Shown: piece after piece, positions 61,298 to 64,000 of the stretch
Numbering within the stretch: position 1 is the stretch's first letter
Layout: each line of letters begins with the position of its first letter
Origin: Clostridia bacterium
GTDB lineage: Bacteria > Bacillota > Clostridia > Oscillospirales > CAG-272
DNA: 64,000 nt
Assembly (NCBI GenBank): GCA_017532025.1
Contig: JAFXJX010000058.1
Span: forward strand, 5,058-69,057
Direction: 5' to 3'
Program-made: the position numbers and the translations under genes
The notes under the pieces: generated by a model
What the model saw: the letters and a program-made list of their open reading frames with translations, nothing else
The model's database searches: none
Told to the model about the DNA's origin: nothing

Positions 61298-63091
61298 TTA
61301 ATCTTTGATTTCTTCAAAATCGGATGCGCCATGCTTGCACAGCGGGCAGATAAAGTCTTCGGGAAGCTCTTCCCCTTCATATACATAGCCGCAGATGGTG
61401 CAAACGTAGCCTTTTTTGCCCTTGGTATCGGGCTTGGGTTTCACATTCTGGTGATAGTAGGTGTAAGTCATCGAGGGCTTATCCGAAATCACTCTTGCCT
61501 CCGTCACCGAGCAGATGAACATACCGTGGGTATCAAGATCGATATACTGCTCGACCTTCAAGGACATAAAGGAGTTGATATAACGAGGCAGGAAAACAAG
61601 ACCGTTATCCGAGCGGAGCGGCTCGCAGTCGGCAAACTTGTCAACGTTTCTGCCGCTGACAAAGCCAAACGCTTCAAACACCTTAAAGGGGGCTTCTTCG
61701 GTCAGGCAGTTGATGTTCATCTTGCCTGTCTGCTTGATGATGTGGTGCGAATAGTTTTCTTTGTTGATCGTCACCGCAATGCGATTGGGGGTGTTGGTCA
61801 CCTGTGTCACCGTATTCACAATCAAGCCGTTGTCTTTCTTTCCATCATTTGATGTCACCACATACAAGCCGTAGCCAATGTTAAAGAGCGCTGTAAGATC
61901 GTTCTTGTTCGCAGTGGAATCCTGCTGTGCAAGATATTCACGGCAAAGCTCGTCGGCAAGGCGATTCAGCTGTTCTGTGCTTTCTTCGTTGAGCGCCGAA
62001 AGAATTCTCACAGTGGTGTCGGTATAGGTCAAGTTCTTGCTCTTTTCAAGCATTCCCTTCATCACTTTGGCAGCAAGAGGCGCCCAGCTTCCGTTTTCAA
62101 TGAACGCCACCGTGCGGTTGGAGAAGTTACGCTCGGTCAAGTGTGTGATAAACTCGCGCATAAAGGGAAAGATTTCGGCATTGTAGGTGGTGGTGGCAAG
62201 CACAAGCTTGCTGTAACGGAAGGCATCCTCCACCGCTTCTGCCATATCGCATCTGGCAAGGTCATTGACAACAACCTTAGGGCAGCCGTTTGCTTTCAGC
62301 TTTTCGGCAAGCTGAATCACAGCCTTTTTGGTGTTGCCGTACACCGAGGTGTAGGCGATCACAATGCCCTCTTCTTCGGGCTGATAGCTTGACCAGGTGT
62401 TGTAAAGACCCAGATAGTAGCCGAGGTTTTCGGAAAGCACAGGGCCGTGCAAGGGGCAAATGATGCTGATGTCAAGACCTGATGCCTTTTTGAGAAGTGC
62501 CTGTACCTGTGCGCCGTATTTGCCAACAATACCGATATAATAGCGTCTTGCTTCGCATGCCCAGTCTTCTTCCACATCCAAAGCGCCGAATTTGCCAAAG
62601 CAATCTGCCGAGAACAGCACCTTGTCCTTAGCATCATAGGTCACAATGACTTCAGGCCAATGCACCATAGGCGCTGTCACAAAGGTCAGCGTGTGTTCGC
62701 CAAGCGAGAGGGTGTCACCCTCGCCTACCACAATGCGTCTGTCTGCAAAATCGGTACCGAAGAAATTCTTCATCATGGCAAACGCCTTAGCGGTCGAAAC
62801 CACCGTGGCATCGGGATATGCCTTGATAAAATTCATGATATTGGCGGAGTGATCGGGTTCCATGTGCTGAACGATCAGATAATCGGGCTTTCTCTCTCCG
62901 AGTGTGTTCTGAATGTTGTCAAGCCATTCGTGCGTGAACGCTGCATCCACCGTATCCATGATGGCAATTTTCTTATCGATAATGGCATAAGAGTTGTACG
63001 CCATGCCATTGGGTACAACATACTGACCCTCGAACAGATCCACCTTGTGATCGTTCACGCCAATATATTTGATATCTTTGGTAATGTTCAT
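61298..63091 (-). CDS. fprA: Flavodiiron protein with flavin-reductase and short rubredoxin domains (class E architecture)
   Basis: HMEPDH, VHWPE, SAD.FG, PLHG and SVYGNT motifs, then a YGLYVVTS flavin reductase domain and CTICGY...CPLC. Confidence 0.92.
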   Translation of the reverse strand: MNITKDIKYIGVNDHKVDLFEGQYVVPNGMAYNSYAIIDKKIAIMDTVDAAFTHEWLDNIQNTLGERKPDYLIVQHMEPDHSANIMNFIKAYPDATVVSTAKAFAMMKNFFGTDFADRRIVVGEGDTLSLGEHTLTFVTAPMVHWPEVIVTYDAKDKVLFSADCFGKFGALDVEEDWACEARRYYIGIVGKYGAQVQALLKKASGLDISIICPLHGPVLSENLGYYLGLYNTWSSYQPEEEGIVIAYTSVYGNTKKAVIQLAEKLKANGCPKVVVNDLARCDMAEAVEDAFRYSKLVLATTTYNAEIFPFMREFITHLTERNFSNRTVAFIENGSWAPLAAKVMKGMLEKSKNLTYTDTTVRILSALNEESTEQLNRLADELCREYLAQQDSTANKNDLTALFNIGYGLYVVTSNDGKKDNGLIVNTVTQVTNTPNRIAVTINKENYSHHIIKQTGKMNINCLTEEAPFKVFEAFGFVSGRNVDKFADCEPLRSDNGLVFLPRYINSFMSLKVEQYIDLDTHGMFICSVTEARVISDKPSMTYTYYHQNVKPKPDTKGKKGYVCTICGYVYEGEELPEDFICPLCKHGASDFEEIKD

Positions 63092-63165
63092 CTTGTGCTA
63101 CCTCGTTTCTTTTTCACTCTACATAGTATTATACCACATTGTTGTGATTTTTCAAGTCATTTCAG

Positions 63166-63789
63166 TCAGAAGTTTTTCAATATTTTTCCATCTGTTGTGA
63201 GCGTGACCACCACATGAGGAATGATTTTTCCGCTCGCCTTGAGTGCCCGCGTGACGGCATTTTCAATGCCGCTGCAGCAAGGCACTTCCATCCTCACCAC
63301 AGTAACGCTTCTGATGGTGTTATTATGTAAAATTGCCGTCAGCTTTTCGGCGTAATCGACCGCATCAAGCTTCGGGCAACCGATCAGCGTAATGCGATTC
63401 TTCATAAAATCCTCGTGAAACGCACCGTAAGCATAGGCGGCACAATCGGCGGCAATCAAAAGATCAGCTCCGTCAAAATAAGGCGCTCTCAGCGGCACAA
63501 GCTTGATCTGACAGGGCCACTGCACAAGACGGGAGGGACTTGAAACACCCTTGCGTGCCTTATTTTCTTTCACCGCTTTTTCGTTGTAAGCGGGCGCTTC
63601 CCTTTCTTCAAAGCTGATCGCGCCGGTCGGGCAAGCAGGCAAACAATCACCAAGTCCGTCGCAGTAATCTTCACGCGCAAGCTTGGCCTTGCCGTTCACC
63701 ATGGCGATTGCACCCTCGTGGCAGGCGAAAGCACAAGCGCCGCAGCCGTTGCAAAGGTCTTCATTTATGTGAATGATCTTTCTTTTCAT
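63166..63789 (-). CDS. 4Fe-4S dicluster domain protein
   Basis: CNGCGAC..ACHEG, CDGLGDC..ACP, QWPCQIKL, IGCPKLD and MEVPCC motifs. Confidence 0.9.
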   Translation of the reverse strand: MKRKIIHINEDLCNGCGACAFACHEGAIAMVNGKAKLAREDYCDGLGDCLPACPTGAISFEEREAPAYNEKAVKENKARKGVSSPSRLVQWPCQIKLVPLRAPYFDGADLLIAADCAAYAYGAFHEDFMKNRITLIGCPKLDAVDYAEKLTAILHNNTIRSVTVVRMEVPCCSGIENAVTRALKASGKIIPHVVVTLTTDGKILKNF

Positions 63790-63806
63790 AACACGACCCT
63801 TTCTTC

Positions 63807-64000
63807 TTAAAAGCATTTTCCCTTTTGGCAATCCTCTGTTTTGCCGCAGCGATAGCACAACTCGTTTTCGCTCTGCCCCTTTTCAAAAAAGTCGGCAATA
63901 TTCTGAAGCGTTGTGTCGGCGATGTTTTCAAGCGCCTCCTCGGTTAAAAAAGCCTGATGCGAGGTCACGATCACATTGGGCATCGAGATCAGCCTTGCTA
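63807..64000 (-). CDS. D-lactate/2-hydroxyacid dehydrogenase, C-terminal part (5' end outside the window)
   Basis: Manual translation: ARLISMPNVIVTSHQAFLTEEALENIADTTLQNI...CYRCGKTEDCQKGKCF*. Confidence 0.88.
   Translation of the reverse strand, partial: ARLISMPNVIVTSHQAFLTEEALENIADTTLQNIADFFEKGQSENELCYRCGKTEDCQKGKCF

Overview
This window is chromosomal DNA from a Clostridia-type Firmicute (about 45-48% GC by eye). The spore-cortex pda genes and forespore-type promoters suggest a sporulating lineage. Housekeeping blocks are rpoB-rpoC divergent from rpsT, ileS-lspA-rluD-tatD, queA-miaA-(membrane-fusion-like)-yggS-sepF-yggT-divIVA, hup-comEC, hpt, a frameshifted rqcH, pdaA-pdaB, and an oxidative-stress cluster (class E flavodiiron protein, desulfoferrodoxin, rubredoxin). 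A THF riboswitch precedes a folT-like ECF S-component gene. Accessory genes include GH125, a CotH lipoprotein, YfhO, four XRE regulators, an LRR-Sel1 protein, a GtaA-like (alpha/alpha)6 protein, two tandem secreted GLUG-repeat/MBL-hydrolase paralogs and a decayed GH76. No tRNA, rRNA, CRISPR array, integrase or transposase was seen. The most notable observations are: (1) a stand-alone gene whose N-terminus resembles the IscB/IsrB PLMP (RRXRR) domain, with a duplicated translation-initiation motif in its leader and a second internal start; (2) a PTS EIIC-EIIA lacking EIIB behind a consensus sigma-G-like forespore promoter; (3) nested GTCAT-tagged REP-like palindromes; (4) a small XRE gene bracketed by a 51-bp duplicated terminator; (5) a conserved SD-hairpin-ATG leader on the two MBL paralogs. 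All family calls come from motif recognition by eye; no database searches were run.
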